Shown one piece after another: positions 30,097 to 39,384 of a stretch of 64,000 bases of DNA (the stretch's first letter is position 1; every line of letters begins with the position of its first letter). The stretch spans positions 288,001 through 352,000 of the forward strand of contig CAVZDU010000010.1 in the NCBI GenBank assembly GCA_963774265.1. Reading direction: 5' to 3'. Both the position numbers and the translations under genes were made by a program. This DNA comes from an uncultured Chloroflexia bacterium. Lineage in GTDB: Bacteria; Chloroflexota; Anaerolineae; CG2-30-64-16. The notes under the pieces are model-generated. The model was given only the letters and a program-made list of their open reading frames with translations. It ran no database searches and was not told the origin of the DNA.

Positions 30097-32697
30097 ATGA
30101 GTGACAATAACCTGACGGCCTACTGCGTCCGCTGCAAGGCTTCACGGCCTTTGACTGACGCCCAACCCGTGTTTTTCGCAAATGGGAGTGCCGCTACACG
30201 CGGCCGCTGTCCCGAATGCGGGACGACCCTCACGCGGATCGGGGCAACCGACGCGCATGTCGGTCTGCCGAGACCAGAGCCCACAACGCAACCGAAGGCG
30301 AGCCGAAAGTCGGCCAGCGCGTCGAAAGCCAGCGCAAAGTCGGCGGTCAAGTCTACCAAGACTCCTCAGCCTGCAGCAGGTGGCAAATCGTCGCGTGCTA
30401 AGGTGACGAAGGGGAAGAGTACCGCAGACACTGGCGCGACGCGGGGTGGCAGAGGGGGAGTTGGACGTCGATCGTATGGCGGTGCCTTGCGTGGCCCCAA
30501 ACTGGTGATTGTCGAGTCGCCGGCAAAGGCGCGCACGGTGGGGAGGTTCCTCGGCCGCGACTACGATGTCCGCGCGTCCATCGGGCATGTGCGGGACCTG
30601 CTGCGTTCTCAACTCTCGGTCGATATCGAGGGTGGCTTTATACCCAAGTATCGCGTACCGGATGACAAAAAAGACGTTGTCAAGGATCTGAAGGCAGCGG
30701 CTGCAGAGGCAGATGAGGTCTATCTGGCGACTGATCCTGATCGCGAGGGCGAAGCCATTGCATGGCACTTGCTCCAGGCCGCCGATATCCCTCAACAGCG
30801 TGCTCGCCGGGTGGTGTTTCACGAAATCACGAAGAGCGCAATTGCCGATGCGTTCCGCCACGGCAGGGATATCGACATGGAACTCGTCGATGCGCAACAG
30901 GCGCGGCGGATCCTTGATCGGCTGGTGGGGTATCAGATCAGCCCGCTGCTCTGGGAGCGCGTCAAGAGTCGATTGTCAGCAGGGCGCGTTCAATCCGTAG
31001 CGCTTCGCCTGATCGTGGAACGAGAGCGTGAGGTTCAGTCCTTTGTGCCGGTGGAATATTGGTCACTCGACGCAGAGCTGGCTCAGCACGTGACGCGCGA
31101 TCAGCTACCGCGGCCAAGCTTTCTGGCGCGCCTGGTCCGCATTCGCGGTGCGGAGGCGGACCTCAAGAATCACGATGACGCTCACACCGTGGTGCGTGAA
31201 CTCGAAGGCGCTGAATACCTGGTTGCGGGCATCAGACGCGGTGAACGTCGTCGCCGGCCAAATCCACCTTTCACCACGAGTACGCTGCAACAGGACGCAT
31301 CTAATCGCTTGGGCATGGCCGCGAGTCGCACCATGCGAGTCGCTCAAGACCTGTATGAAGGCATCGACATTGGCGACCATGGCGGTCCTGTTGGTCTGAT
31401 TACGTATATGCGCACGGATAGTGTCAATATCTCACAGGAAGCCCAGACAGAGACGAGCGCAATGATCGCCGAGCGATATGGCCCTGAGTACGTGCCGCCA
31501 GAGCCTAACCTCTTCAAGTCACACGCTAAAAACGCCCAAGAGGCGCACGAGGCGATCCGGCCGACTTCGGTTTGGCGTTCACCTTCGGACTTGCGCGATA
31601 AGCTCAGCGGCGAACAGTACCGCTTATATGAGTTGATCTGGCGCCGCTTCGTAGCGAGTCAGATGGCCGCAGCCGTCTATGACACGCTCACAGTGGATGT
31701 AAAGGCGGGTCAACCGGGCGCCGGAGAATGGCCGTACCTGTTTCGTGCAAGTGGTTCGACCGTTCGCTTCCCCGGCTTCCTGGCGGTGTACAGCGGCGGC
31801 GCATCAGGTCCACAGGAAAATGGTCAGGCAGATAGGGACAATGGTCGGCCTGGTCGCAATGGGTTTGATCGCGCCCAGACGACGGGCGATAGTGAGTCTC
31901 CTGATACGGACCCGGCACAGCAGCAACTGAACATACCGGCAAGCCTATCAGAGGATGAGGTCCTGGACCTGCTGCGTCTGCTGCCGGAACAGCACTTTAC
32001 ACAACCGCCGTCCCGGTATACGGAAGCGTCCTTGGTGAAAGCTCTCGAGGAGTACGGTATCGGACGTCCCAGCACCTATGCAGCAATCATCTCGACGATC
32101 CTCGAACGCGAATATGTCGAACGCTCGGAGAAGAAGCTGGTTCCGACTGAGTTGGGGTTCACGGTAAATGACCTATTGGTGAAGTACTTTGATTCGATAT
32201 TCAATGTTGGCTTCACCGCACAGATGGAAGAACGGCTGGACAGCATATCTCGCGGGGAGACGGAGATGGAGCCGGTTCTGCGCCAATTCTATGATCTCTT
32301 TGCGCCACAACTCCAGAACGCACAGCAGACGATGGAGAAGGTGTCCCTTGAGCCCGAGAAAACCGGCGAGTTCTGCCCTGATTGCGCCGGAGAGTTGGTT
32401 ATTAAGCAGGGTCGCTACGGCCGGTTCGTTGGTTGCAGCAACTATCCCACCTGCCGTTTTACGAAGCCATTAGTGGCCAAGTTAGGAGTGCTCTGTCCCA
32501 GAGATCGTGGCGAGATCGTTGAACGGCGCACTCGCACCGGGCGTGTCTTCTATGGGTGCGCCAATTATCCAGCGTGTGATTGGACTTCATGGAAGCGGCC
32601 GGTGGCACAGGCGTGTCCCCAATGCGATGGGCTCATGGTTCTTGCCGCTAAGGACACGGTTGAGTGCACCGTGTGTGGTGCACGCGTGAAGATATAG
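30097..32697 (+). CDS. topA: DNA topoisomerase I with N-terminal zinc ribbon and Lys/Ala/Ser-rich linker
   Basis: LVIVESPAKA, ATDPDREGEAI, SAGRVQS, ITYMRTDS (catalytic Tyr), GIGRPSTY, C-terminal Cys4 zinc ribbons. Confidence 0.97.
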   Translation: MSDNNLTAYCVRCKASRPLTDAQPVFFANGSAATRGRCPECGTTLTRIGATDAHVGLPRPEPTTQPKASRKSASASKASAKSAVKSTKTPQPAAGGKSSRAKVTKGKSTADTGATRGGRGGVGRRSYGGALRGPKLVIVESPAKARTVGRFLGRDYDVRASIGHVRDLLRSQLSVDIEGGFIPKYRVPDDKKDVVKDLKAAAAEADEVYLATDPDREGEAIAWHLLQAADIPQQRARRVVFHEITKSAIADAFRHGRDIDMELVDAQQARRILDRLVGYQISPLLWERVKSRLSAGRVQSVALRLIVEREREVQSFVPVEYWSLDAELAQHVTRDQLPRPSFLARLVRIRGAEADLKNHDDAHTVVRELEGAEYLVAGIRRGERRRRPNPPFTTSTLQQDASNRLGMAASRTMRVAQDLYEGIDIGDHGGPVGLITYMRTDSVNISQEAQTETSAMIAERYGPEYVPPEPNLFKSHAKNAQEAHEAIRPTSVWRSPSDLRDKLSGEQYRLYELIWRRFVASQMAAAVYDTLTVDVKAGQPGAGEWPYLFRASGSTVRFPGFLAVYSGGASGPQENGQADRDNGRPGRNGFDRAQTTGDSESPDTDPAQQQLNIPASLSEDEVLDLLRLLPEQHFTQPPSRYTEASLVKALEEYGIGRPSTYAAIISTILEREYVERSEKKLVPTELGFTVNDLLVKYFDSIFNVGFTAQMEERLDSISRGETEMEPVLRQFYDLFAPQLQNAQQTMEKVSLEPEKTGEFCPDCAGELVIKQGRYGRFVGCSNYPTCRFTKPLVAKLGVLCPRDRGEIVERRTRTGRVFYGCANYPACDWTSWKRPVAQACPQCDGLMVLAAKDTVECTVCGARVKI

Positions 32698-32701
32698 TAC
32701 C

Positions 32702-33679
32702 ATGCAAGAGAGCATCGACCGGTACATCAAATACCTTGTGGCAGAGCGCAACGCCTCGGTTCACACGGTCAGTAACTACCGGCGTGAGATCTTACAGTTC
32801 GCAGCCTTCGTCCAAGCGCAAGGCGTCAACTCGTGGATCGCTGTAACGCCAGCGCTCCTGCGCCGGTGGCTGGCCGAGCTGCACGCAGCCGGCTATGTTA
32901 AGGCAAGCGTGGCGAGGCGCATCTCAGAGGTGCGGGCATTCTACGCGTTTCTGCGTCGGAACGGGCTGGTTGAAGTCAATCCGGTGCAGGCGATTCTGTC
33001 GCCGAAGCTCCCGCAGCGTCTGCCGCGTCCACTCACGCGAGACGAGGTCAGTCTTTTGATTGAGTCGCCCGACTTGTCAACGCCACAAGGGCAGAGAGAT
33101 CGCGCGATGCTTGAGCTGCTTTATGGCGGTGGCCTGCGAGTCAGCGAACTGCTGGCGTTGGATGTGTCCGATGTAAGCCTTGCGGAAGGCCAACTTAATG
33201 TCACTGGCAAGGGCGCAAAAGAGCGTGTTGCATTGATAGGCCAATGGGCGATTGAGGCGTTAGCGTTTTACCTGAACGAAGGGCGGCCGAAGCTGGCTGA
33301 AGCGGCCCACCGCTACGGCGGACGCACGCGTGCTGATGGCAAGTGGCTCGCCAGTCGCCCCACAGCGCTGTTCTTGAACCGTTTCGGCCAGCGTCTGTCA
33401 ACCAGCATGTTTACACGATCCTTGTCGGCCTATGCAGCAGGGGCAGGGATTGCCCATCCGGTCACACCTCATATGCTCCGGCACAGCTTCGCGACGCATT
33501 TGTTGGATGGTGGCGCTGATCTGCGTTCGGTGCAGGAGCTGATGGGGCACGAGTCGGTGAGCACGACGCAGATCTATACGCAGGTCAGTCAGAAGCAACT
33601 CACGGAAACTGTTCTCAAGGCTCATCCGCGCGCGGAGGAGTTCATAGCTAGAAGGAGCACCGATGCCTGGCTCTACTGA
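32702..33679 (+). CDS. xerC: tyrosine recombinase XerC/XerD
   Basis: RDRAMLELLYGGGLRVSEL, TGKGAKER, PHMLRHSFATHLL, LMGHESVSTTQIYT; position after topA. Confidence 0.9.
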   Translation: MQESIDRYIKYLVAERNASVHTVSNYRREILQFAAFVQAQGVNSWIAVTPALLRRWLAELHAAGYVKASVARRISEVRAFYAFLRRNGLVEVNPVQAILSPKLPQRLPRPLTRDEVSLLIESPDLSTPQGQRDRAMLELLYGGGLRVSELLALDVSDVSLAEGQLNVTGKGAKERVALIGQWAIEALAFYLNEGRPKLAEAAHRYGGRTRADGKWLASRPTALFLNRFGQRLSTSMFTRSLSAYAAGAGIAHPVTPHMLRHSFATHLLDGGADLRSVQELMGHESVSTTQIYTQVSQKQLTETVLKAHPRAEEFIARRSTDAWLY

Positions 33680-34751
33680 TATAGCGTCACGAGTAACTCG
33701 GCTGCGGGCTGTGCTGCCTGAGGCAGGCGCGGATGCCATAATCGTTTCTCAGCCTGAGAATCGGATGTACCTCAGCGGATTCAGCGGCTCCGCAGGAGTG
33801 TTGCTGATCTCCGCCGAACGGACGCTGATTGCCACCGACTTTCGCTACTTTGAGCAGGTAGGTCAGGAATGCCCCGACTTCGAGCTCATACCTGTCAAAA
33901 CCGATCTCTCCGACGTACTCCCTGAACTCATTGCTCGAGGGGGAGGGAAGCTGGTGGCTTTTGAGGCTGATCACGTGCCATTCGCAACCGCGAAGGGCTT
34001 CATGGACGCAGTCTCTGAGGTGCAGTGGCTGCCGACAAAGGGTATTGTCGCCGGGCTGCGAGCAATTAAGGACGAGGACGAATTGGCCCTCTTGCGCGAG
34101 GCGATTGTCCTCGCAGATAACGCATTGGCGTTTGGGCTGGCCTCGGCAGAACCCGGAATGACCGAGAACGCACTGGCATGGCTCATCGAAAGCTATATGC
34201 GCACACACGGAGCTCAAGGCGTTGCATTTGACATGACGGTGGCGTGTGGCCCGAATAGCGCGCTTCCTCATGCCCACGCAAGCGAAACGGTGCTTGAGGC
34301 TGGTCAGCCCATCGTGATCGATATGGGCGCCAAGGTACGCGGCTACCGTTCTGATCTGACGCGTACCGTCGTGCTGGGTCAGCCAAAGGACGAGGAGCGC
34401 TTCTGGGACGTTTTTAACATTGTGTTGAACGCGCAAGTGGCCACGGAGGCGGCGCTGAGACCAGGAATGACCGCGTCAGAGGCAGATGGGGTGGCGCGCG
34501 ATTTGATTTCGGCTGCAGGCTACGGCGCGAACTTCGGTCACGGCCTGGGACACGGTGTCGGTCTCGAAATCCACGAGCAACCGTTCCTCTCGCGTTTTTC
34601 GTCTGCCGTTATTCGACCTGGTATGATTGTCACAGTTGAACCCGGCATCTATTTGCCTGGTTGGGGTGGTGTGCGGATGGAGGATGTCGTCATGGTCACG
34701 GAAAATGGCGCCGAGGTGTTGACCTGCGCGCCTAAATACCCCATCATTTGA
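33663..34751 (+). CDS. Xaa-Pro aminopeptidase (M24B)
   Basis: YLSGFSGS, TDFRY, DMGA..GYRSDLTRT, HGLGHGVGLEIHE, TVEPGIY, GVRMED. Confidence 0.94.
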   Translation: MPGSTDIASRVTRLRAVLPEAGADAIIVSQPENRMYLSGFSGSAGVLLISAERTLIATDFRYFEQVGQECPDFELIPVKTDLSDVLPELIARGGGKLVAFEADHVPFATAKGFMDAVSEVQWLPTKGIVAGLRAIKDEDELALLREAIVLADNALAFGLASAEPGMTENALAWLIESYMRTHGAQGVAFDMTVACGPNSALPHAHASETVLEAGQPIVIDMGAKVRGYRSDLTRTVVLGQPKDEERFWDVFNIVLNAQVATEAALRPGMTASEADGVARDLISAAGYGANFGHGLGHGVGLEIHEQPFLSRFSSAVIRPGMIVTVEPGIYLPGWGGVRMEDVVMVTENGAEVLTCAPKYPII

Positions 34752-34791
34752 GGCTCTTCGTTTTGCCGCATGCGTAACGGAGGAGGATGAC

Positions 34792-36090
34792 ATGAACCAA
34801 AACGGGCGTCCCTGGTACTTCTGGCCTCTCATTGCTTTCGTCGTCGGCTTGTTGATCGGTTGGCTCGTGATTGGCTGGCTGCTTTGGCCGATAACATGGA
34901 CCAACGCACTGCTGCAAGACCTCCGACCGGATCTGCGTAATCAGTATATCGCCATGGTTGCTGAGTCCTACGCGCAGACTGGTAATCTCGATCAGGCGCG
35001 CGGACGCCTTACTGGCTGGTCGACCGAGGAACTGTCCAAGATAATGGGCGACGCACAGGAAGTCCTCGTGGCGCGGGACGTTGCCGCGGCGCGCAACGTT
35101 CAGAGCCTCGCGGCCGCGGTCGGTGCAGCCGTTGGAGAATCAGGAACGGCTGGCGGCCAGAGCCAGGTGCAGCCGCAACCTTCTGCCGCCGCTTCCGCCC
35201 CCGCAGGGGGAACAAGCTCAACGCTCCGACGAGTCTGCACCGCCGCGCTCTTCGTGTTCCTGGCGATCGCTGCGCTGGCCCTGTTGATCTTCCTGTTCCG
35301 TCGTTGGCGCTCCGCGCACGATGGAGGAAGCACCGAGGGGGATGAGCCGCCATTTGACGTGTTGGAAACAAATAAAGCGGCTGCCGCGGCCGCCGAGCAG
35401 GAAAAGGCGCGCTGGTCAGCTTCGGAATCAGTTGTGAAGGATGATTGGCGGCCCGTTCGTGGGTCCGTCGACATATCGACGCGTCCAGGCCGCGAAGCGA
35501 CAGCTGACATCGAGTCGCGTCCTCTATCTCAGGAGCAACGACCTGACATTCCGCTGCGGCCCGTTGGCCCACCGCCCCCTGCCGCCGGCTGGTCTGACTT
35601 GGCGGAGGCTCGTCAACCCGCGCAGGTCACGCCCATTCCCCCCGCTTCTCCATCCAGCGCTGGGCTGCAGAAGCTGACCGAGAATACGGCAGTCTATCAA
35701 ATGGGCGAGCCGGATTACGACGAGGCGTTCGACATTAATGACCCGGTGGACGGCTACATGGGACAGTGTGGCCTGCAGTTGATTGAGCCCTTCGGCAGAG
35801 AACGCGATCAAGCCGTCGCCTTGCAGGTCTGGCTATGGGATTCGAGTGACCCCGACACCCAGGCACTGGTGCTGATGAGTGAGGGAGCATACCGGGATAC
35901 CTCGTTGCGCTCAGAGCACGAGGGTGAGCATGGAGCGCTCGCCGTCAAACCCGGGACTGAGTTTGAGTTGCACAGCCATGATCTGCTCTTGCGTGGCCGC
36001 GTTGAGAAGGTGTCCTACGCCGAAGCGGAACCTCCGCGCGGCATCTTTGCGGACCTGCATGTGAAGTTAACGGTCTATCGACGAAGCTAA
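34792..36090 (+). CDS. uncharacterised membrane protein (two TM helices, disordered linker, acidic C-terminal globular domain)
   Basis: 432-aa ORF with GGAGGA RBS, N-terminal TM, second TM followed by RRWR, Pro-rich linker. Confidence 0.8.
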   Translation: MNQNGRPWYFWPLIAFVVGLLIGWLVIGWLLWPITWTNALLQDLRPDLRNQYIAMVAESYAQTGNLDQARGRLTGWSTEELSKIMGDAQEVLVARDVAAARNVQSLAAAVGAAVGESGTAGGQSQVQPQPSAAASAPAGGTSSTLRRVCTAALFVFLAIAALALLIFLFRRWRSAHDGGSTEGDEPPFDVLETNKAAAAAAEQEKARWSASESVVKDDWRPVRGSVDISTRPGREATADIESRPLSQEQRPDIPLRPVGPPPPAAGWSDLAEARQPAQVTPIPPASPSSAGLQKLTENTAVYQMGEPDYDEAFDINDPVDGYMGQCGLQLIEPFGRERDQAVALQVWLWDSSDPDTQALVLMSEGAYRDTSLRSEHEGEHGALAVKPGTEFELHSHDLLLRGRVEKVSYAEAEPPRGIFADLHVKLTVYRRS

Positions 36091-36107
36091 CCTCTCGCCG
36101 GCATAAG

Positions 36108-36152
36108 GACACCACAGGGCGCGGTCAGTGAACAACCGCATACTGTGGTGTC
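36108..36152. terminator. hairpin between convergent genes
   Basis: GACACCACAG..GCGGT / ACCGC..CTGTGGTGTC stem; no clear U tract. Confidence 0.45.
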
Positions 36153-36177
36153 TTCGCGCAGAGCTGAGGCCTGCTTC

Positions 36178-37338
36178 TCAGACGCGTTCCTCCGGATCGT
36201 AGAGACGCTTATATTCCAGGATAGCGTATCGGTCGGTCATGCCGGCGATGTAGTCGCATATTACGCGCTCGGCTGGTTCATTCCCCCGCAACATGCGAGC
36301 TTGAATTTCCTTCGGAAGCTGGCGCGGTTCCTCGTGATACGAGGTGAATAAGGCAGTCAGCATCCGGTTTGCTTTGTATGCCATCCGAACAACACGCGGG
36401 TGACGATAGAAGTTCTTCATCAGGAAGGCCTTGAGTTCCATGTTGAGTTCGAAGATCTGGCTCGAGTATACGGCAATGTTTTTCCCCACGGCTCGAATAT
36501 CGTTCACCGTACGCACACCGCTCGCCGCCAAATTCTCCGCCGTGGCCGTAATGGCATCCGTGACCTCAATGCCCATGAGCCTCCGGATCGCCCGTGCCCG
36601 TAGCTTATCCTCAAGCCGGCAATTAGTTGGGAGGCCCAACGACGCCATCGCGCTTCTCCAGATCCCCAGTTCGCGTACGTCCAGGTAGTCCAACACGCCG
36701 CTTCGCAGTCCATCATCTAAGTCTGCGATGTTGTATGCGATTTCGTCTGCAAGGTTGCTGATCTGGCACTCCAACGATCCTGCGCGATCGGGCTCATAGC
36801 CAGTGGCGTCCGCGACATCGTGGTCTGTGTCGTGTTTCACGAGGCCTTCACGCACTTCGTAGGTTAGATTGAGACCAGGAAAGTCCTCGTAGCGATCCTC
36901 CAAGATTGTTACGATGCGCATTGTCTGTCGCTGGTGATCGAACCCGCCATGATCGGACATCAGTTGGTTAAGCGTCACTTCGCCAGTATGACCGAACGCC
37001 GGATGTCCCAGGTCGTGCGCCAGACAGATGGCTTCAGTCAGATCCTCGTTTGCGCCGAGGGCGCGTGCCATAGAGCGCCCGATCTGCGCGACCTCTACGG
37101 TATGGGTGAGGCGGTTGCGATAGTGATCACCTTCGTGATACACGAACACCTGGGTCTTATAATCGAGACGACGAAAGGCTGCGGTGTGGATTACACGGTC
37201 GCGATCGCGTTGGAAAGCCGTACGATAGATGTGCTCATCTTCCGGATAGACGCGGCCGCGGCTTGCGCCGCTGCAGACTGCATAAGGGGCCAGGGTATTG
37301 CATTCGCGGGCCTCGATGTCGTCTCGGCTGAGAAACAT
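36178..37338 (-). CDS. dgt: deoxyguanosinetriphosphate triphosphohydrolase (HD domain)
   Basis: RTAFQRDRDRVIH..FRRLDYKTQV, RNRLTH, AHDLGHPAFGHTGE, ADEIAY, DYIAGMTD. Confidence 0.95.
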   Translation of the reverse strand: MFLSRDDIEARECNTLAPYAVCSGASRGRVYPEDEHIYRTAFQRDRDRVIHTAAFRRLDYKTQVFVYHEGDHYRNRLTHTVEVAQIGRSMARALGANEDLTEAICLAHDLGHPAFGHTGEVTLNQLMSDHGGFDHQRQTMRIVTILEDRYEDFPGLNLTYEVREGLVKHDTDHDVADATGYEPDRAGSLECQISNLADEIAYNIADLDDGLRSGVLDYLDVRELGIWRSAMASLGLPTNCRLEDKLRARAIRRLMGIEVTDAITATAENLAASGVRTVNDIRAVGKNIAVYSSQIFELNMELKAFLMKNFYRHPRVVRMAYKANRMLTALFTSYHEEPRQLPKEIQARMLRGNEPAERVICDYIAGMTDRYAILEYKRLYDPEERV

Positions 37339-37386
37339 GGCATGCCCTCCTGCTTCATGAGGTTTGGCGTTGCAGATTGGTAGCTT

Positions 37387-37824
37387 TCACCCGTTCCCTT
37401 GGGCTTGAAGCCAGGTCAATTGCTCATCCAGGCTTTGGTGGATCGAAAGATCGATCTCGTCACACTCATCGGGCGATGTCTGAGCGCGCATGGCGGTGAT
37501 GAGTCGGTCCAGATCATCCGTTGACAAGTCCGGAATCCGAGCCAAAGCCGAACGGATCGAGGGTGCATCGCTGCAGCCTCCAGCGTCTTCGTTTTCTTGC
37601 GGAGGGTTATGCCTCGCGAAGGTGATCAACTCAAGTCGGCCGTTGGCTTTCTGCTTGGTATAGATACGGTGACGTAGCTTCGAGACGTGATCGGCCTCGC
37701 GAAAACAATAGAGTTTCCATAGCCGCTCGTCGGGCAGCATTACCAGCAAATCGTTGGCAATCAGGTCAAGGAGGATTTCCCGAGCATCTGGACATGGACA
37801 TTCTTTGAGCATGCCTTGCGACAT
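37387..37824 (-). CDS. hypothetical protein
   Basis: 145-aa ORF with GAGGA RBS and its own promoter; no motif recognised. Confidence 0.65.
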   Translation of the reverse strand: MSQGMLKECPCPDAREILLDLIANDLLVMLPDERLWKLYCFREADHVSKLRHRIYTKQKANGRLELITFARHNPPQENEDAGGCSDAPSIRSALARIPDLSTDDLDRLITAMRAQTSPDECDEIDLSIHQSLDEQLTWLQAQGNG

Positions 37825-37868
37825 AGCTTTCCTCTTCGTAAGAACTCCTTTCCTTGAGCAACAATGGG

Positions 37869-37897
37869 AGTGTACCCGCGCCGGGAAGGGGTGTCAA
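37869..37897 (-). promoter_or_regulatory. sigma70 promoter for the hypothetical gene and dgt
   Basis: Minus strand TTGACA (37897-37892), 17 nt, TACACT (37874-37869). Confidence 0.65.
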
Positions 37898-38075
37898 ACC
37901 ACTTCTCAGTTGATACCTGCGTGTCAAGCCGAATGACGGTGTTGTCGAGCGGTGTTTGGGACATTCACGCGGTATACTATATGGTGCTTGCCGGAGTTGT
38001 GTTGTGGGCATCGTGGCCCTGAGCCTCTCTTACGCAATCATCCTGCTCCAACTGGGAGCGAAGAAGGAGCACAGT

Positions 38076-39383
38076 ATGAAAGCAGTCGGCATTCCCGAAC
38101 TCGCGACTCCCGAGTTCAAAACGTTGGTAAGCCAGTGCATTCACTGCGGACTCTGCCTGCAGTCATGCCCTACCTACGACGTGTTCGGAACGGAGATGGA
38201 CGCGCCGCGCGGTCGCATCGCACTAATGCGTGCAGCCTCCGAGGGACGCATTAGTGCGGAGGAATTCTCCGGCGCATTCTCGAAACACATCAATCTCTGC
38301 CTATCCTGTCTTTCCTGCCAGACAGCCTGCCCGTCAGGCGTCAAGTACGCCCAACTGATCGAAACGACGAAGGTGGCGTTGGACAAGCGACATAAGCAGG
38401 GCGTAGGCGAGAGGTTAATCCGCTGGGTGGGCCTGGTGCAAACCATGCCCTACGTGGGCAGGCTCAAAGCAATGGCCCGGCTCCTGAAGATATATCAGGT
38501 CACCGGGTTGCAGGGGCTGGTGCGCCGGTTGAACTTTCTGCCGAGACCGCTGAAGGCGGCGGAGGCCATCTTGCCGCCGATCACGACGAAGTATCGCGAT
38601 TACAGCCATCCTGCACCAGCCATTGGGGAGAAACGCGGACAGGTGGCATTCTTCATCGGCTGTATCCAGGAGGCGTTTCTGGCGCCGGTGAACGAGGCGA
38701 CCATCCGCGTATTGCAGCGCAACGGTTTTGAGGTGCACTTTCCCGCGGGGCAGACTTGTTGCGGTGCGGCCCACCTCCACATTGGCGAAGAGGCGTTGGC
38801 ACGTGACCTGGCCCGCAAGAACATCGACGCGTTCGCCAAGTACGACATGATCATCAACAACGCAGGCGGGTGCGGCGCCACGCTCAAGGATGAGTACGAG
38901 GGCCTGTTCCACGATGATCCGGTCTATGTGGAAAAGGCGCGCGCCTTCCGTAGCAAGGTCAAGGATATCAATGAGTTCATCATCGAGAACATGAACGAGC
39001 GGCCCACGGGCGTCGTTCCTCTCAAGGTGACCTACTCCGATTCATGTCACCTGCGGCACGCGCAGAAGATCGTCAAGCAGCCCCGGGCGCTGCTCCGCAT
39101 GATCCCCGGCTTGGAACTCGTCGAGCTGAAACAGCCCGATCGCTGCTGCGGCAGCGCCGGGGTGTACAATATCGTGCATTCGGAGACGGCGGATCAGGTG
39201 CTGGATGCGAAGATGACCGACATCGCGGCCACCGGCGCCAGCGTTATTGTCGCCACCAACACCGGATGCCACATGCAGCTAGTGGCCGGCGTGCGCCGTG
39301 CGGGCCTTAGTGCAAAGGTGATGCACGTCGTCGAGTTGCTGGACATGTCCTATGGGGGGACGAATGGGAAGGGAGCGAATTAG
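38076..39383 (+). CDS. glcF: glycolate-oxidase-type Fe-S subunit (two 4Fe-4S clusters plus two CCG domains)
   Basis: [58 protein letters not shown]; ATG 38076 after AAGGAG. Confidence 0.92.
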   Translation: MKAVGIPELATPEFKTLVSQCIHCGLCLQSCPTYDVFGTEMDAPRGRIALMRAASEGRISAEEFSGAFSKHINLCLSCLSCQTACPSGVKYAQLIETTKVALDKRHKQGVGERLIRWVGLVQTMPYVGRLKAMARLLKIYQVTGLQGLVRRLNFLPRPLKAAEAILPPITTKYRDYSHPAPAIGEKRGQVAFFIGCIQEAFLAPVNEATIRVLQRNGFEVHFPAGQTCCGAAHLHIGEEALARDLARKNIDAFAKYDMIINNAGGCGATLKDEYEGLFHDDPVYVEKARAFRSKVKDINEFIIENMNERPTGVVPLKVTYSDSCHLRHAQKIVKQPRALLRMIPGLELVELKQPDRCCGSAGVYNIVHSETADQVLDAKMTDIAATGASVIVATNTGCHMQLVAGVRRAGLSAKVMHVVELLDMSYGGTNGKGAN

Positions 39384-39384
39384 C

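Noticed and set aside
32702-33679. Tyrosine recombinase as the integrase of a mobile element
   Set aside because: It sits in the housekeeping dprA-topA-xerC context with no att repeats, tRNA or phage/cargo genes.
36178-37338. dGTPase as an anti-phage defence system
   Set aside because: It is the short housekeeping-type enzyme and no other defence genes are nearby.
37910-37927. FNR box upstream of glcF (TTGATACCTGCGTGTCAA)
   Set aside because: The half-sites are too far apart for TTGAT-N4-ATCAA; TGTCAA is equally explained as a minus-strand -35 element.
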